A program made the translations under genes and the position numbers. A stretch of DNA of 64,000 nt from Actinomycetes bacterium (GTDB lineage: Bacteria; Actinomycetota; Acidimicrobiia; Acidimicrobiales; JAMCPL01). The notes beneath the pieces were generated by a model. That model searched no databases and was not told the origin of the DNA. It saw nothing but the letters and a program-made list of their open reading frames with translations. This document shows positions 49,257-59,396 of this stretch, in pieces. Position 1 is the first letter of the stretch; each line of letters begins with the position of its first letter. The stretch covers positions 13,505-77,504 of the forward strand of contig JAJZWU010000007.1 in the NCBI GenBank assembly GCA_021846515.1. The letters run 5' to 3'.

Positions 49257-49457
49257 ATGGGCTTGATGCGATCGTTGCTAAGACACGAAGAAAAAGTGCA
49301 ACAACGGAAAGCGGCTGCAAACGGTTGCATGATACTAATCATCCTGCTAATAATAATCGTTATAGCAGTAGTGATACTGGCCACTCACGGTGCAGCTATA
49401 CATCATTTCCTATCGCACCTGCCCAATAAAACTACCCCCACCCCGCCAAACACATAA
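49257..49457 (+). CDS. Small single-pass membrane protein (66 aa)
   Basis: Basic N-terminus, long aliphatic TM, Pro/Thr tail; TGcTACACT 6 nt before the ATG. Confidence 0.55.
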   Translation: MGLMRSLLRHEEKVQQRKAAANGCMILIILLIIIVIAVVILATHGAAIHHFLSHLPNKTTPTPPNT

Positions 49458-49582
49458 CCGGCTGGCCGCGAGCATAATCCCCCGGTTAACCATGAGAAGT
49501 TATGCCTGGTCAGGCATTGCAGAAGCCGTTTAGTACTTCTCGATTTGTTGCGGCCGGTAATGGCTGTAAGCAACGCGCTTAA

Positions 49583-50473
49583 TCAGGTATCCAGAAAACG
49601 CCTTACAGCAAACGCAGAGCCAAGAGCGCCAATCACAACCCCAATTAAAAGAATAGCAACAAGAATAAACGCCAACTCCCCCCCTGCCAACCTCATCTTG
49701 TATAACGTACTCAGAGTATTCCCGGCACTGGCACTGTCCAACTGCCAATTCAAAATTGATACGACCGCCACCGCGACCAGCGCACCAATCAGCCCCTGAA
49801 CCAGACCTTCAAGCATAAATGGAACTCTTATAAACCAATTCGTTGCACCTACCAACTTCATAACCGATACCTCTTTACGCCGGGAAAAAATGGCAAGCCT
49901 GATGGTATTGATAATCAGCGCCAGAGCAGAGATAAGCAATATGAGCGCTACGATCAAGAACGACAATTGGGCAATGTGTGTAACGTTTTCCATATTATGA
50001 ATTGCCTTGCTTGGATAACTGACGTTAAGTACGCCGGGCATATTGGTAAACCTGGCAGCTATAGCGGCAGCCTCATTGGGGTTCTTCAGAACGCACTGGT
50101 CCGATGCAGGAGTATCGGATGGCGTCATAGCACCTGATGCCGAGCCAAGCAAACTCTGAAAGAACTGCTTTCCCTGGTCATAGTTGTATGTCTGCGTCCT
50201 GTACGCACAGGACTTTACATAAGTTAACTGGGTCAGTTCATCGCCGACAGCACCCTGCTCGGTTACCGATGAACTCGGATGGAACCACACAATTACGTTT
50301 ACACCGTGGCGCCACTCGGTAGTCGCATTGGAAACTCCCTGGCGTAAAAAGAGGGCAGCACCTACCAGCGACAGTGAAATGGCTACAGTCAAGACAGCGG
50401 CAATCGTCATCAGGCGGTTACGCCATAAATTACTCCCTGCTTCTTTGGTGGCAAAACTCACCGGAAGGCTCAA
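49583..50473 (-). CDS. ftsX: Cell division permease-like protein
   Basis: NLWRNRLM, NTIRLAIFSRRKE..VMKLVGATNWFIRVPF.LEG. Confidence 0.94.
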   Translation of the reverse strand: MSLPVSFATKEAGSNLWRNRLMTIAAVLTVAISLSLVGAALFLRQGVSNATTEWRHGVNVIVWFHPSSSVTEQGAVGDELTQLTYVKSCAYRTQTYNYDQGKQFFQSLLGSASGAMTPSDTPASDQCVLKNPNEAAAIAARFTNMPGVLNVSYPSKAIHNMENVTHIAQLSFLIVALILLISALALIINTIRLAIFSRRKEVSVMKLVGATNWFIRVPFMLEGLVQGLIGALVAVAVVSILNWQLDSASAGNTLSTLYKMRLAGGELAFILVAILLIGVVIGALGSAFAVRRFLDT

Positions 50474-50478
50474 TGAAA

Positions 50479-51225
50479 CTAACCCTTTCGCCCTCTGGAG
50501 TGGGCTACCAAATCTCTGGCCGATACACCGGAAGAATTGCCGATATCCACATCATATACGCCCCTATTCTGATCACGAACTATCTCGCCATTATCAAGCT
50601 CTATCACACGCTTTCGCATGGTGTCCACTATATTTGCATCATGAGTTGCTACGACTACAGTAGTGCCCGATTTGTTTATCCGGTCAAGCAGCTGGACAAT
50701 GTCCTTACTGGTAGAGGGATCCAGATTTCCAGTGGGCTCGTCGGCAATGAGGATCAACGGCCTATTTACAAAGGCACGGGCTATGGCAACTCTTTGCTGC
50801 TCCCCGCCCGACAGCTCGTCCGGCATATTATTAGTCTTGTCGGCCAATCCCACCAAATCAAGCACCTGAGTAACCTGCCTCTCTATCTGGTGGCGCGGCC
50901 TCCCTATCACCTGCAGGGCAAATGCAACATTCTCAAATACGGTCTTGGTCGGTAGCAACCTGAAATCCTGGAATACACAACCAATATTGCGACGAAGATA
51001 TGGAACTCTCCAACGCGGAAGATTGGCCAGGTTCCTGCCCGCTACCCATATACGACCCTCATCAGGAAGCTCCTCGCGCAGGATCAAAGCCATAAGGGTG
51101 CTCTTTCCGGCTCCGGAGGCACCTACAAGAAAAATGAACTCCCCCTTGCTCACCTCCATAGACACATCTTTGAGGGCTACTGTTCCCGTCTTGTATGTCT
51201 TTGTGACACTTTCAAGCGTGATCAT
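50479..51225 (-). CDS. ftsE: Cell division ABC ATPase
   Basis: [34 protein letters not shown]. Confidence 0.95.
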   Translation of the reverse strand: MITLESVTKTYKTGTVALKDVSMEVSKGEFIFLVGASGAGKSTLMALILREELPDEGRIWVAGRNLANLPRWRVPYLRRNIGCVFQDFRLLPTKTVFENVAFALQVIGRPRHQIERQVTQVLDLVGLADKTNNMPDELSGGEQQRVAIARAFVNRPLILIADEPTGNLDPSTSKDIVQLLDRINKSGTTVVVATHDANIVDTMRKRVIELDNGEIVRDQNRGVYDVDIGNSSGVSARDLVAHSRGRKG

Positions 51226-51234
51226 TACTCTGAC

Positions 51235-51243
51235 ATTATACCA
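51235..51243 (-). promoter_or_regulatory. Extended -10 element TGgTATAAT, 9 nt before the ftsE ATG
   Basis: Perfect consensus on the minus strand. Confidence 0.6.
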
Positions 51244-51357
51244 TCAATTGCACCGTCGATGCATGGATATCCGTCATCTTTTGCTATGCCAATAATCTCA
51301 GAATCATTGGCCCCCTCCCCTAACAAGTGTCGCATCGCCACGCAAGCACGGCGCCAC

Positions 51358-52473
51358 TCACAACAACCGTCTTCTTCGTAGCTCTGCCTCCATAAAGTTT
51401 GAAATATCGCCATCAAGAACTGCCGCCACGTTGCCGGTCTCTTCCTGAGTCCTATGGTCTTTCACAAGCTGGAATGGAGCAAGAGTATAAGAGCGAATCT
51501 GATTTCCCCATGCCACCTCTTCTTTTGGACCACCAATTCTGTCCAGCTCCTTACGGCGTTCTTCTCGATGCAGTTCCGCCAGACGTGCGGCGAGAATCTG
51601 CATGGCGCGAGCCTTGTTCTGATGCTGGCTGCGCTGATTTTGACATGTCACGACAAGACCGGTAGGAAGATGCGTCAGCCTCACGGCAGAATCGGTCTTG
51701 TTCACATGCTGGCCACCGGCGCCGGCAGAACGGTAGGTATCTACCCTTATGTCCTTCTCGTCTATCTCCACCTCGGGGATGTTCTCCATAAACGGGATTA
51801 CGTCCAGAGAGGCAAAACTGGTATGCCTACGATGCTGGGAGTCGAATGGAGAAATCCGCACCAGACGATGTACCCCCTTTTCTGCCGATAGCATACCATA
51901 AGCGTACCTGCCCTTCACTATAAAAGTTGCCGACAGCAGGCCAGCCTCCTGGCCATCTACCACTTCGTCCATCTCTGTATCGAAACCCTGTCGCTCAGCC
52001 CATCGTAGATACATTCTCATCAGCATCTCGCACCAGTCCTGAGCGTCAGTACCGCCGGCGCCGGCATGTACCTCCACTACAGCATCCTGAGAATCATACT
52101 CACCTGAGAGCAACGACCTGATCTCCAGTTCAAGCAACTTGTGATCTATACTATCAAGCAACTCAATGAGCTCATGGTCCATATCCCCGTCTCCCGCTTC
52201 CCGGATCAATGTCAGCAATGCTTCAGCGTCGTCCAATTTGATACGCAAATCTCTCAATATCCCTATATCGTTCTCGACTGATGCCAGTTCGCTGGTTGCA
52301 GCTTTGGCGTGCTCCTGGTCATCCCAAAGATGCACATCGCCCACCTCTTGATTCAATTCGGCATGTCTGGCCTGTAGCTTGTCCAATCCCATGTATACAT
52401 TGGCCTCGTTAAGGCGAGCTACCAGGCTTTCAAGCATACTGGCTGCCTCTATGGGATTTTCAGGTCGCGCCAT
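51358..52473 (-). CDS. prfB: Peptide chain release factor 2
   Basis: SPF and GGQ motifs, WGNQIRSY; continuous frame; start moved to ATG 52473. Confidence 0.96.
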   Translation of the reverse strand: MARPENPIEAASMLESLVARLNEANVYMGLDKLQARHAELNQEVGDVHLWDDQEHAKAATSELASVENDIGILRDLRIKLDDAEALLTLIREAGDGDMDHELIELLDSIDHKLLELEIRSLLSGEYDSQDAVVEVHAGAGGTDAQDWCEMLMRMYLRWAERQGFDTEMDEVVDGQEAGLLSATFIVKGRYAYGMLSAEKGVHRLVRISPFDSQHRRHTSFASLDVIPFMENIPEVEIDEKDIRVDTYRSAGAGGQHVNKTDSAVRLTHLPTGLVVTCQNQRSQHQNKARAMQILAARLAELHREERRKELDRIGGPKEEVAWGNQIRSYTLAPFQLVKDHRTQEETGNVAAVLDGDISNFMEAELRRRRLL

Positions 52474-55285
52474 GGCAGAACTTGTACTTTTTGCCACTAC
52501 CGCACCAGCACGGATCGTTCCTACCCACCTTTGCATGCTCCTCGTGGCCGTGGCTGGGTTGACGGCCTGATCTTGCAGCACTCACCGTATCAGTTACTAC
52601 CGGAACGTAACCAGAATCAATATCGCCATCGAGAACAGCCGTACCGGCACGTGCTGGCTGTTGGTCCAGAGCCCCAGCAAACGGAGCAGTAAGATTCGCT
52701 GCAAGGAACTCCTGGTTCTGCTGCACCAGAGACTGTGAAATGGTTTCAAAATCCTGGGCCGGATCATCGGCTGCCTGATAGGCTACCTGCGCAAGATCCG
52801 GCTCTTTCTCCACCCTCTCCAGCGTCTCTACGTGCAGCACGTAACGAAGGTAATCATCGTTTACTCTGGCAATCATCTTTCCAAACATGTCGTATCCATC
52901 TGCCTGCCAGGCTACGAGAGGATCCAGCTGCCCCATAGCACGCAGATTTATTCCCTCACGCAGATAGTCCATCTCCATCAAGTGATCCTTCCAGTGCTGG
53001 TCGATCATCTGGAGCATGATCTCCCTCTCTATCTCTCTGGCCTCCTCGGCGCCACCCGGAAATAGATCATCGCGTGATTCATAATACCTGGTTGCATCAG
53101 CAATTATGCTCTCAGTAAGATGTGTCCTGTCAGTGGCCTCCGCAAGGTCGTCCTCGTGAAACTCGGTCGGATAGTACTGGCTTATGTCCACAAGGAGGCC
53201 ATCCAGATCCCATTCCTCGGGAAAATTGCCCGGACAGTACTGCTCTATCAAGCTTGCAATAGTCTCCTCGATCAATCCCCTGGTGAATTCCTGGAGGTCT
53301 TCGTTGTCTATTACTTGGAGTCGCCGAGCGTAAATGACCTTACGCTGCTCATTTAGGACTTCATCGTATTTCAGCACGTCTTTTCGCGTCTCCGCATTGC
53401 GCTGTTCTACTGTATGCTGAGCCTTTTCTATTGCCTTGGTGACCATACGCGCCTCTATGGGGACATCATCAGGAAGCGCTCTCTCCATAACCCATTGCAT
53501 GGCTCCGGTGGCAAAAAGACGCATAATATCATCTTCCAACGATAGAAAGAAACGGCTTTCACCGGGGTCTCCCTGCCTGCCGGATCTTCCGCGTAACTGA
53601 TCATCAATACGACGGCTTTCATGCCTCTCGCTGCCCAGTACGTAGAGTCCGCCAAGCTCCCTCACCTTTCCAGCCTCAGATTCACATATATCTCTGTACT
53701 TGCTTAAGATAGAATCATAGTCTTCGTCGCTATCTTTTTCTCCTCCTCTTGCCACTAGCTCGTGTGACGCCAATCCTTCCGGGTTGCCTCCCAAAAGTAT
53801 GTCCACACCTCGACCTGCCATATTGGTAGCAACCGTTACACTTCCCATGCGTCCTGCCTGGGCAACTACCTCGGCCTCTCTGGCGTGCTGCTTGGCATTG
53901 AGAACCTGGTGAGGAACCCCTCGCTGTTCAAGTACCCTGGACAGTTTTTCAGACTTGGCAACTGATGCAGTACCCACCAGGATAGGCTGGCCCTTGCTGT
54001 GACGATCTACTATGTCATCTGCGATTGCCTTGAACTTTGCATCTTCGGTCTTGTAAATTACGTCCGAATAATCAGTTCTCACCATAGGCTTATTGGTGGG
54101 TATAGTAACTACCTGCATTCCGTAGGTATTTGCGAACTCTGCGGCTTCCGTGGAAGCAGTACCTGTCATGCCTGACAATTTCTCATACATGCGAAAGTAA
54201 TTCTGCAACGTGACAGTCGCCCATGTGTGGTTTTCCTCTTTGATCCTTACTCTCTCCTGCGCCTCGACTGCCTGGTGAAGACCGTCGGACCAACGCCTAC
54301 CCTCCAGAACCCTGCCTGTGAACTCATCCACTATCTTTACTTCACCGTCTACCACCAGGTAGTCCCGATCTCTCTTGTAGAGTTCCTTTGCTCGTAGCGC
54401 CTGGGTCAGATGATGGACATAGTTGACAGCCAGAGAATCGTACATATTATCGATACCAAGCTGTTTCTCTACCTTTTCTATGCCCGATTCAGTAGGTACT
54501 ACGATACGCTTCTCCTCGTCAACTTCGTAATCCACCTCAGGTTTAAGGGTACGTACAATCGAAGCAAACTGGTAATAAAGATTTGCCGACTCCATGGACG
54601 GTCCCGATATGATAAGAGGAGTCCTGGCCTCATCTATAAGTATAGAATCGACCTCGTCCACGATCGCATAGGTGAACCCACGCTGTACCATAGCATCTCG
54701 AGATCTGGCCATATTGTCCCTTAGATAATCAAAGCCAAACTCTGTGTTGGTTCCATAAGTAATGTCGCAATCGTACGCCGACTTCTTGGAACTAAAATCT
54801 TCCACATCCGGGGTTACCCTGCCCACCGTAAGGCCAAGGAAATTGTAGAGTTTGCCCATCCATTCAGAGTCACGCTTGGCAAGATAGTCATTTACCGTAA
54901 CTACGTGTACCCCCTTACCAGCCAACCCGTTAAGGTATGCCGGCAGGGTAGATGCAAGCGTCTTCCCCTCTCCTGTTTTCATCTCTGCAATCCATCCAAA
55001 GTGAAGCGCTATACCGCCCATTACCTGCACATCGAAATGCCGTTGACCGAGAACGCGCCAAGCTGCCTCACGCACTACCGCATAAGCGTCAATGAGTATC
55101 TCGTCCAGCGAGCCACCATTGGCCAGGCGCTCCCGGAACTCCGCACTCTTGGAGATCAACTCCTCATCTGACAATGCCTCGATCTCCGGTTCGACGGCAT
55201 TGATATAACCAACCAGCTCTGCCAACCGCTTGACCTTCTTGCCCTCACCTGCTCGGAGAACCCGATCCAGAATGTTCAAATGCAA
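52460..55285 (-). CDS. secA: Protein translocase subunit SecA
   Basis: MKTGEGKT, VDEVDSILIDEARTP, ATNMAGRG, RSGRQGDPG, SEC-C motif GRNDPCWCGSGKKYKFCH. Confidence 0.98.
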   Translation of the reverse strand: MHLNILDRVLRAGEGKKVKRLAELVGYINAVEPEIEALSDEELISKSAEFRERLANGGSLDEILIDAYAVVREAAWRVLGQRHFDVQVMGGIALHFGWIAEMKTGEGKTLASTLPAYLNGLAGKGVHVVTVNDYLAKRDSEWMGKLYNFLGLTVGRVTPDVEDFSSKKSAYDCDITYGTNTEFGFDYLRDNMARSRDAMVQRGFTYAIVDEVDSILIDEARTPLIISGPSMESANLYYQFASIVRTLKPEVDYEVDEEKRIVVPTESGIEKVEKQLGIDNMYDSLAVNYVHHLTQALRAKELYKRDRDYLVVDGEVKIVDEFTGRVLEGRRWSDGLHQAVEAQERVRIKEENHTWATVTLQNYFRMYEKLSGMTGTASTEAAEFANTYGMQVVTIPTNKPMVRTDYSDVIYKTEDAKFKAIADDIVDRHSKGQPILVGTASVAKSEKLSRVLEQRGVPHQVLNAKQHAREAEVVAQAGRMGSVTVATNMAGRGVDILLGGNPEGLASHELVARGGEKDSDEDYDSILSKYRDICESEAGKVRELGGLYVLGSERHESRRIDDQLRGRSGRQGDPGESRFFLSLEDDIMRLFATGAMQWVMERALPDDVPIEARMVTKAIEKAQHTVEQRNAETRKDVLKYDEVLNEQRKVIYARRLQVIDNEDLQEFTRGLIEETIASLIEQYCPGNFPEEWDLDGLLVDISQYYPTEFHEDDLAEATDRTHLTESIIADATRYYESRDDLFPGGAEEAREIEREIMLQMIDQHWKDHLMEMDYLREGINLRAMGQLDPLVAWQADGYDMFGKMIARVNDDYLRYVLHVETLERVEKEPDLAQVAYQAADDPAQDFETISQSLVQQNQEFLAANLTAPFAGALDQQPARAGTAVLDGDIDSGYVPVVTDTVSAARSGRQPSHGHEEHAKVGRNDPCWCGSGKKYKFCHGAT

Positions 55286-55367
55286 GGCTCCACACCACCG
55301 GCCGGTCGTACAAACAACCCTGGCTCCAAATCACCGCATGAAGGAGTATCGAGCAAAACCACGCTTA

Positions 55368-56681
55368 TCAAGTACCTATCTCCCATGAGCTCAGATACTC
55401 TATCTGCTCCTCGGTAAGGATATCTATCTGCACACCAAGCGACTCAAGTTTTAATTTTGCAACCTGCTCATCAATGTGATTGGGTACTCTGTGAACGCTG
55501 CGCGTCAGTCCGGACGCAGACTGTACCGCCCACTCGCTGCAAAGTGCCTGGTTTGCAAAGCTCATATCCATGACCGCCGCAGGGTGCCCTTCAGCGGCAC
55601 CAAGATTCACCAATCTACCCTCGGCAATAACGTAGATCCTTTTTTTGCCACCGGTACCGGCATCACCACTCACAGCAGAGCCACTGCCAGCAAACTGTGA
55701 ATCGTTTACCTGGAATTCCTCGACTCCCGGTCGCACTTCACGCCTGTTCCCTTCAGCCATCTTAGCAAGTGCATTCAAATCTATCTCTATATCGAAATGC
55801 CCCGAATTGGCTAGTATGGCGCCGTCCTGCATCAGGGCAAAGTGCTCGGATCGCAACACATCACGATCTCCTGTAACCGTGATAAAAATATCACCCTCCT
55901 TGGCGGCGGCTTCCATCGGCTCTACCCTGAAACCGTCCATGACCGCCTCCAACGAACGCAGCGGATCCACTTCGCATACTATCACCTGAGCCCCCATACC
56001 TCTGGAACGGCTGGCAACTCCCCTGCCACAATTACCGTAGCCCGCAACTACTATCTTCTTACCCGCCAAAAGAACATTGGTGGCACGAATAATGCCATCC
56101 AGAGTCGATTGCCCCGTTCCGTAACGATTATCGAATAGGTGCTTTGTATAGGCATCATTCACGGCAATAATAGGATACCGGAGAGCTCCGGCAGACTCCA
56201 TTGCCCTTAGCCTGATGACTCCGGTAGTAGTCTCTTCAGTGCCTGCAATCACGTTTTCAGCCTGCTCGGGTCTTTCGCGATGAAGCCTGGTCACCAAATC
56301 GCAACCATCATCCATGGTCATAGTTGGGTGAGCATCCAAACATGCATCTATGTGGGAATAATATTTTTCCTCTCCTTCACCTCTCACGGCAAATACCTCA
56401 ATACCGTAATCGTGCACCAAAGAAGCGGCAACATCGTCTTGGGTAGAGAGAGGGTTTGATGCACACGCCACTACTCTTGCGCCACCGGCTGAAAGGGTTC
56501 TAAGCAAATTGGCTGTCTCTGTAGTAACGTGCAGGCATGCGGCAATTACCATGCCATCCAAGGGGCGTTGTGCCATAAAACGCTCCCGTATCGAACTAAG
56601 CACTGGCATATTTGCATCTGCCCACTCTATGCGTTGTTTACCTAACCCTGCCAAGCTGGGGTCTTTGATATCATATTCCAT
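55368..56681 (-). CDS. ahcY: Adenosylhomocysteinase
   Basis: [42 protein letters not shown]. Confidence 0.97.
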   Translation of the reverse strand: MEYDIKDPSLAGLGKQRIEWADANMPVLSSIRERFMAQRPLDGMVIAACLHVTTETANLLRTLSAGGARVVACASNPLSTQDDVAASLVHDYGIEVFAVRGEGEEKYYSHIDACLDAHPTMTMDDGCDLVTRLHRERPEQAENVIAGTEETTTGVIRLRAMESAGALRYPIIAVNDAYTKHLFDNRYGTGQSTLDGIIRATNVLLAGKKIVVAGYGNCGRGVASRSRGMGAQVIVCEVDPLRSLEAVMDGFRVEPMEAAAKEGDIFITVTGDRDVLRSEHFALMQDGAILANSGHFDIEIDLNALAKMAEGNRREVRPGVEEFQVNDSQFAGSGSAVSGDAGTGGKKRIYVIAEGRLVNLGAAEGHPAAVMDMSFANQALCSEWAVQSASGLTRSVHRVPNHIDEQVAKLKLESLGVQIDILTEEQIEYLSSWEIGT

Positions 56682-56683
56682 AA

Positions 56684-57736
56684 TTATTTATGCTCCTCGC
56701 TCTCTCTCAAGTATCTCTTCATTTTGTCAAGAACCGGTATAGGACCCGGATCAATCTGTTCAATGCGTGCTATCTCCAACGAAATTAGGTCACCCAAAAA
56801 AATAAGATCAAACATTCTCGCAGTCGCGGTATTACCTTCCGCATACAATTCGATAATACCGCTAACAGACTCTGACACAACCTCACGGAGAAAATCGTAA
56901 CGTCTCATTATAGCCCTGCTCTCACAGGTATCTCTCATTACTACGACGGATACCAGCTGGCGAGTAATATCACCAAGCTGACCCCATCCCGCCAGTTCGT
57001 TGTGGCACAACTCAGGAACCGCTGAGCTCATGGCTATAGCTTTTGCATTCTCGTTTATCTGGGTACGCAATCTGTAGGCGGCTACTGCCCCAATACCATC
57101 AGAGCCCCATATAAGCGGAATATGCCCTGCAACGAGTTTAGCAGCTGAGTTCGCCATAGTTATACCACCTGGTTCGTTGGCCTGAGTTACCCGGCGCTTT
57201 AACTGATCGATAGCATCATTGAGTGAGGATAACGCATCTGGCACCAAGCCAACAGCTCCCATCGCTACAGAGGGAGGGACAAATAGTGCCCCTATAGCAG
57301 CTCTGGGTTGAGGTATGGCAGCATCTACACTAAACCATGGTACACCCCAATTGGCAGCCATCTCTGCGACTGCACCGCCACTGGAGATTGCCATCATTTT
57401 TGCACCTCGCTGATGGGCGATTTTCATCGTCTCTATAGTCTCCTCGGTATTACCTGAAAATGAGATCGCGATAAAAAAAGTACGGTCATCTACATACGCA
57501 GGTAGGTTGTAGGACTTACATACCGATACTGGTATTGGACAATTACCGGATACAACAGCACTGAGAAGATCTCCTATTATCCCGCTTCCACCCATGCCCG
57601 CCACCACAACATTTGATACCTCATGGTAAGAGCTAAATATACTCATATCGTGTTGAGTGATGGCATTCAATGCGGCTTCCATCTGCGATGGCAGTCCCAT
57701 AACTGCCTCCCGCATGGAGAGAGAATCCAACGTCAT
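56684..57736 (-). CDS. Bifunctional phosphoglucose/phosphomannose isomerase (SIS family)
   Basis: [34 protein letters not shown]. Confidence 0.9.
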   Translation of the reverse strand: MTLDSLSMREAVMGLPSQMEAALNAITQHDMSIFSSYHEVSNVVVAGMGGSGIIGDLLSAVVSGNCPIPVSVCKSYNLPAYVDDRTFFIAISFSGNTEETIETMKIAHQRGAKMMAISSGGAVAEMAANWGVPWFSVDAAIPQPRAAIGALFVPPSVAMGAVGLVPDALSSLNDAIDQLKRRVTQANEPGGITMANSAAKLVAGHIPLIWGSDGIGAVAAYRLRTQINENAKAIAMSSAVPELCHNELAGWGQLGDITRQLVSVVVMRDTCESRAIMRRYDFLREVVSESVSGIIELYAEGNTATARMFDLIFLGDLISLEIARIEQIDPGPIPVLDKMKRYLRESEEHK

Positions 57737-57742
57737 GGACTT

Positions 57743-57979
57743 TTAATGGCCACTCAGAGTCTCTACTGCCTTCCCGGCGGCAGCCTTCTCTGTGAGACGC
57801 TTATGCTCTTCGTCGTCCACTTGGCGAGATTCATCGACCAACATAATCGGTATGCCCTCACGCACCTCGTAGGCTCTCTTCAGCCGAGGATTGTAAAGAA
57901 TGCTCTCATCTTCAAAGTAGAGCAAAGATCCTTTATCTTCCGGGCATGCCAGCACTTCAATAAGCAATTTATCAAGCAT
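57743..57979 (-). CDS. Trm112/YcaR family protein
   Basis: LLIEVLACPEDKG...YEVREGIPIML; ATG 57979 after GAGG. Confidence 0.9.
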   Translation of the reverse strand: MLDKLLIEVLACPEDKGSLLYFEDESILYNPRLKRAYEVREGIPIMLVDESRQVDDEEHKRLTEKAAAGKAVETLSGH

Positions 57980-59363
57980 AATTAACCTCTTCAATCAAAT
58001 CTTTAACTTCATGTATGCAAGCTTCCAAGTCTATCTCAGGAGATGCCTCCACGTTAAGCCGAAGCAGTGGCTCAGTGTTGGAAGGTCTCAAGTTGAACCA
58101 CCAGGTAGCGTAGTCTACAGTCAATCCATCTGTCATGTCGCAATCCATCCCCTTGCCCACAAGCAGGTTGGCCACCTCGGTTACTACTTGTGCAGGGTTG
58201 TCTACAACAGTATTTATTTCTCCAGATGCATTATAGCGTTGCAACGGTTTCACCAACTCGGATAAGGGCTGCCCTGATACGGACATCAGCTCCAATACAA
58301 TTAAGGCTGCTATCAGACCCGAATCGGCTCTGTAATTGTCTCGAAAGTAGTAATGTCCTGAATGTTCACCTCCGAATACAGCCCCCGTATCAGCCATTAT
58401 CTTCTTTATGAAAGAATGCCCCACCCGAGTACGTACCGGTTTGCCACCCATCAAAGAAATGGTCTCCGGAACTACCTTGGAACATATAATGTTGTAGAGG
58501 ATGGTAGCCCCAGGGAACTTCGTAAGCATACTCTTCGCCACCAAGGCTGTAGTCAGCGAACCGGATATGGACTGAGCCTTCTCGTCTACAAGAAACACCC
58601 TGTCGGCATCGCCATCGAATGCCAGTCCTATATCTGCGCCTCTATCTAGTACCGCGCGCTTCAAATCAGACAGGTTCTTCTCCTGGATGGGATCAGCCGG
58701 ATGATTTGGAAAGCTGCCGTCCAGTTCGGGATAGAGGATATGATATTCAAACGGTAATCTGGAAAATACCTCCGGAGCCACCAATCCTCCCATTCCATTT
58801 GCAGTGTCGGCGACAACAACCATACTGCGCAATACATTTATATCCACAAACGATAAAATATGATCTGCATAACTATCCAGCATATCTATCGAATCACGAG
58901 TGGTACCGCCAGTAGGCCCTGCCAGGTCGTCACCGGTTTCCATCACATGAACTGCCATTTCCTTCAATTGAAGAAGGCCGGTATCCTGCCCTACTGGCCT
59001 TGCGCCGTTGTAGCAGAGCTTTATGCCATTATAGGCGGCAGGGTTGTGGGATGCGGTAAACATGGCTGCGGGCAGATCGAGGTATCCAGAGATAAAATAC
59101 GCCATGTCAGTAGAGGTCATACCGGCATCCCTGATAGACATTCCCGCCGCCATCGCTCCCTCGGCAAACTGCTTCGAAAGCTCCCTGCCCGATTCTCGCA
59201 TATCACGACAGACCACGATTGAATCCCCAGAACGGCTCGGCGCTTCCAACATGCACAGGCGCGCAAATGCCCATCCGATGGCCCTTGCTTTACGTACATC
59301 CAGTTCTTCGGGTACCAGTCCCCTGATGTCATAAGCCTTGAATATAGCTGATATGTCACTCAT
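57972..59363 (-). CDS. manB: Phosphomannomutase/phosphoglucomutase
   Basis: FKAYDIRG, TASHNP, FDGDADR, GEHSGH, RPSNTEP. Confidence 0.93.
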   Translation of the reverse strand: MSDISAIFKAYDIRGLVPEELDVRKARAIGWAFARLCMLEAPSRSGDSIVVCRDMRESGRELSKQFAEGAMAAGMSIRDAGMTSTDMAYFISGYLDLPAAMFTASHNPAAYNGIKLCYNGARPVGQDTGLLQLKEMAVHVMETGDDLAGPTGGTTRDSIDMLDSYADHILSFVDINVLRSMVVVADTANGMGGLVAPEVFSRLPFEYHILYPELDGSFPNHPADPIQEKNLSDLKRAVLDRGADIGLAFDGDADRVFLVDEKAQSISGSLTTALVAKSMLTKFPGATILYNIICSKVVPETISLMGGKPVRTRVGHSFIKKIMADTGAVFGGEHSGHYYFRDNYRADSGLIAALIVLELMSVSGQPLSELVKPLQRYNASGEINTVVDNPAQVVTEVANLLVGKGMDCDMTDGLTVDYATWWFNLRPSNTEPLLRLNVEASPEIDLEACIHEVKDLIEEVNYA

Positions 59364-59389
59364 TCCCTATGATCATATCATCATAGGGA
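59364..59389. repeat. Perfect 10-bp inverted repeat abutting the manB start
   Basis: TCCCTATGAT-catatc-ATCATAGGGA. Confidence 0.75.
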
Positions 59390-59396
59390 TAGTAGA

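Noticed and set aside
49080-49580. smpB/tmRNA after ftsX
   Set aside because: No SmpB ORF and no tRNA-like tmRNA ends seen
52380-52581. Programmed +1 frameshift or long N-terminal extension in prfB
   Set aside because: The frame is continuous with no CTT-TGA site; the extension only overlaps the secA 3' end, and ATG 52473 gives a normal length
56682-56760. SAH riboswitch before ahcY
   Set aside because: ahcY starts 2 nt after the upstream stop, leaving no leader
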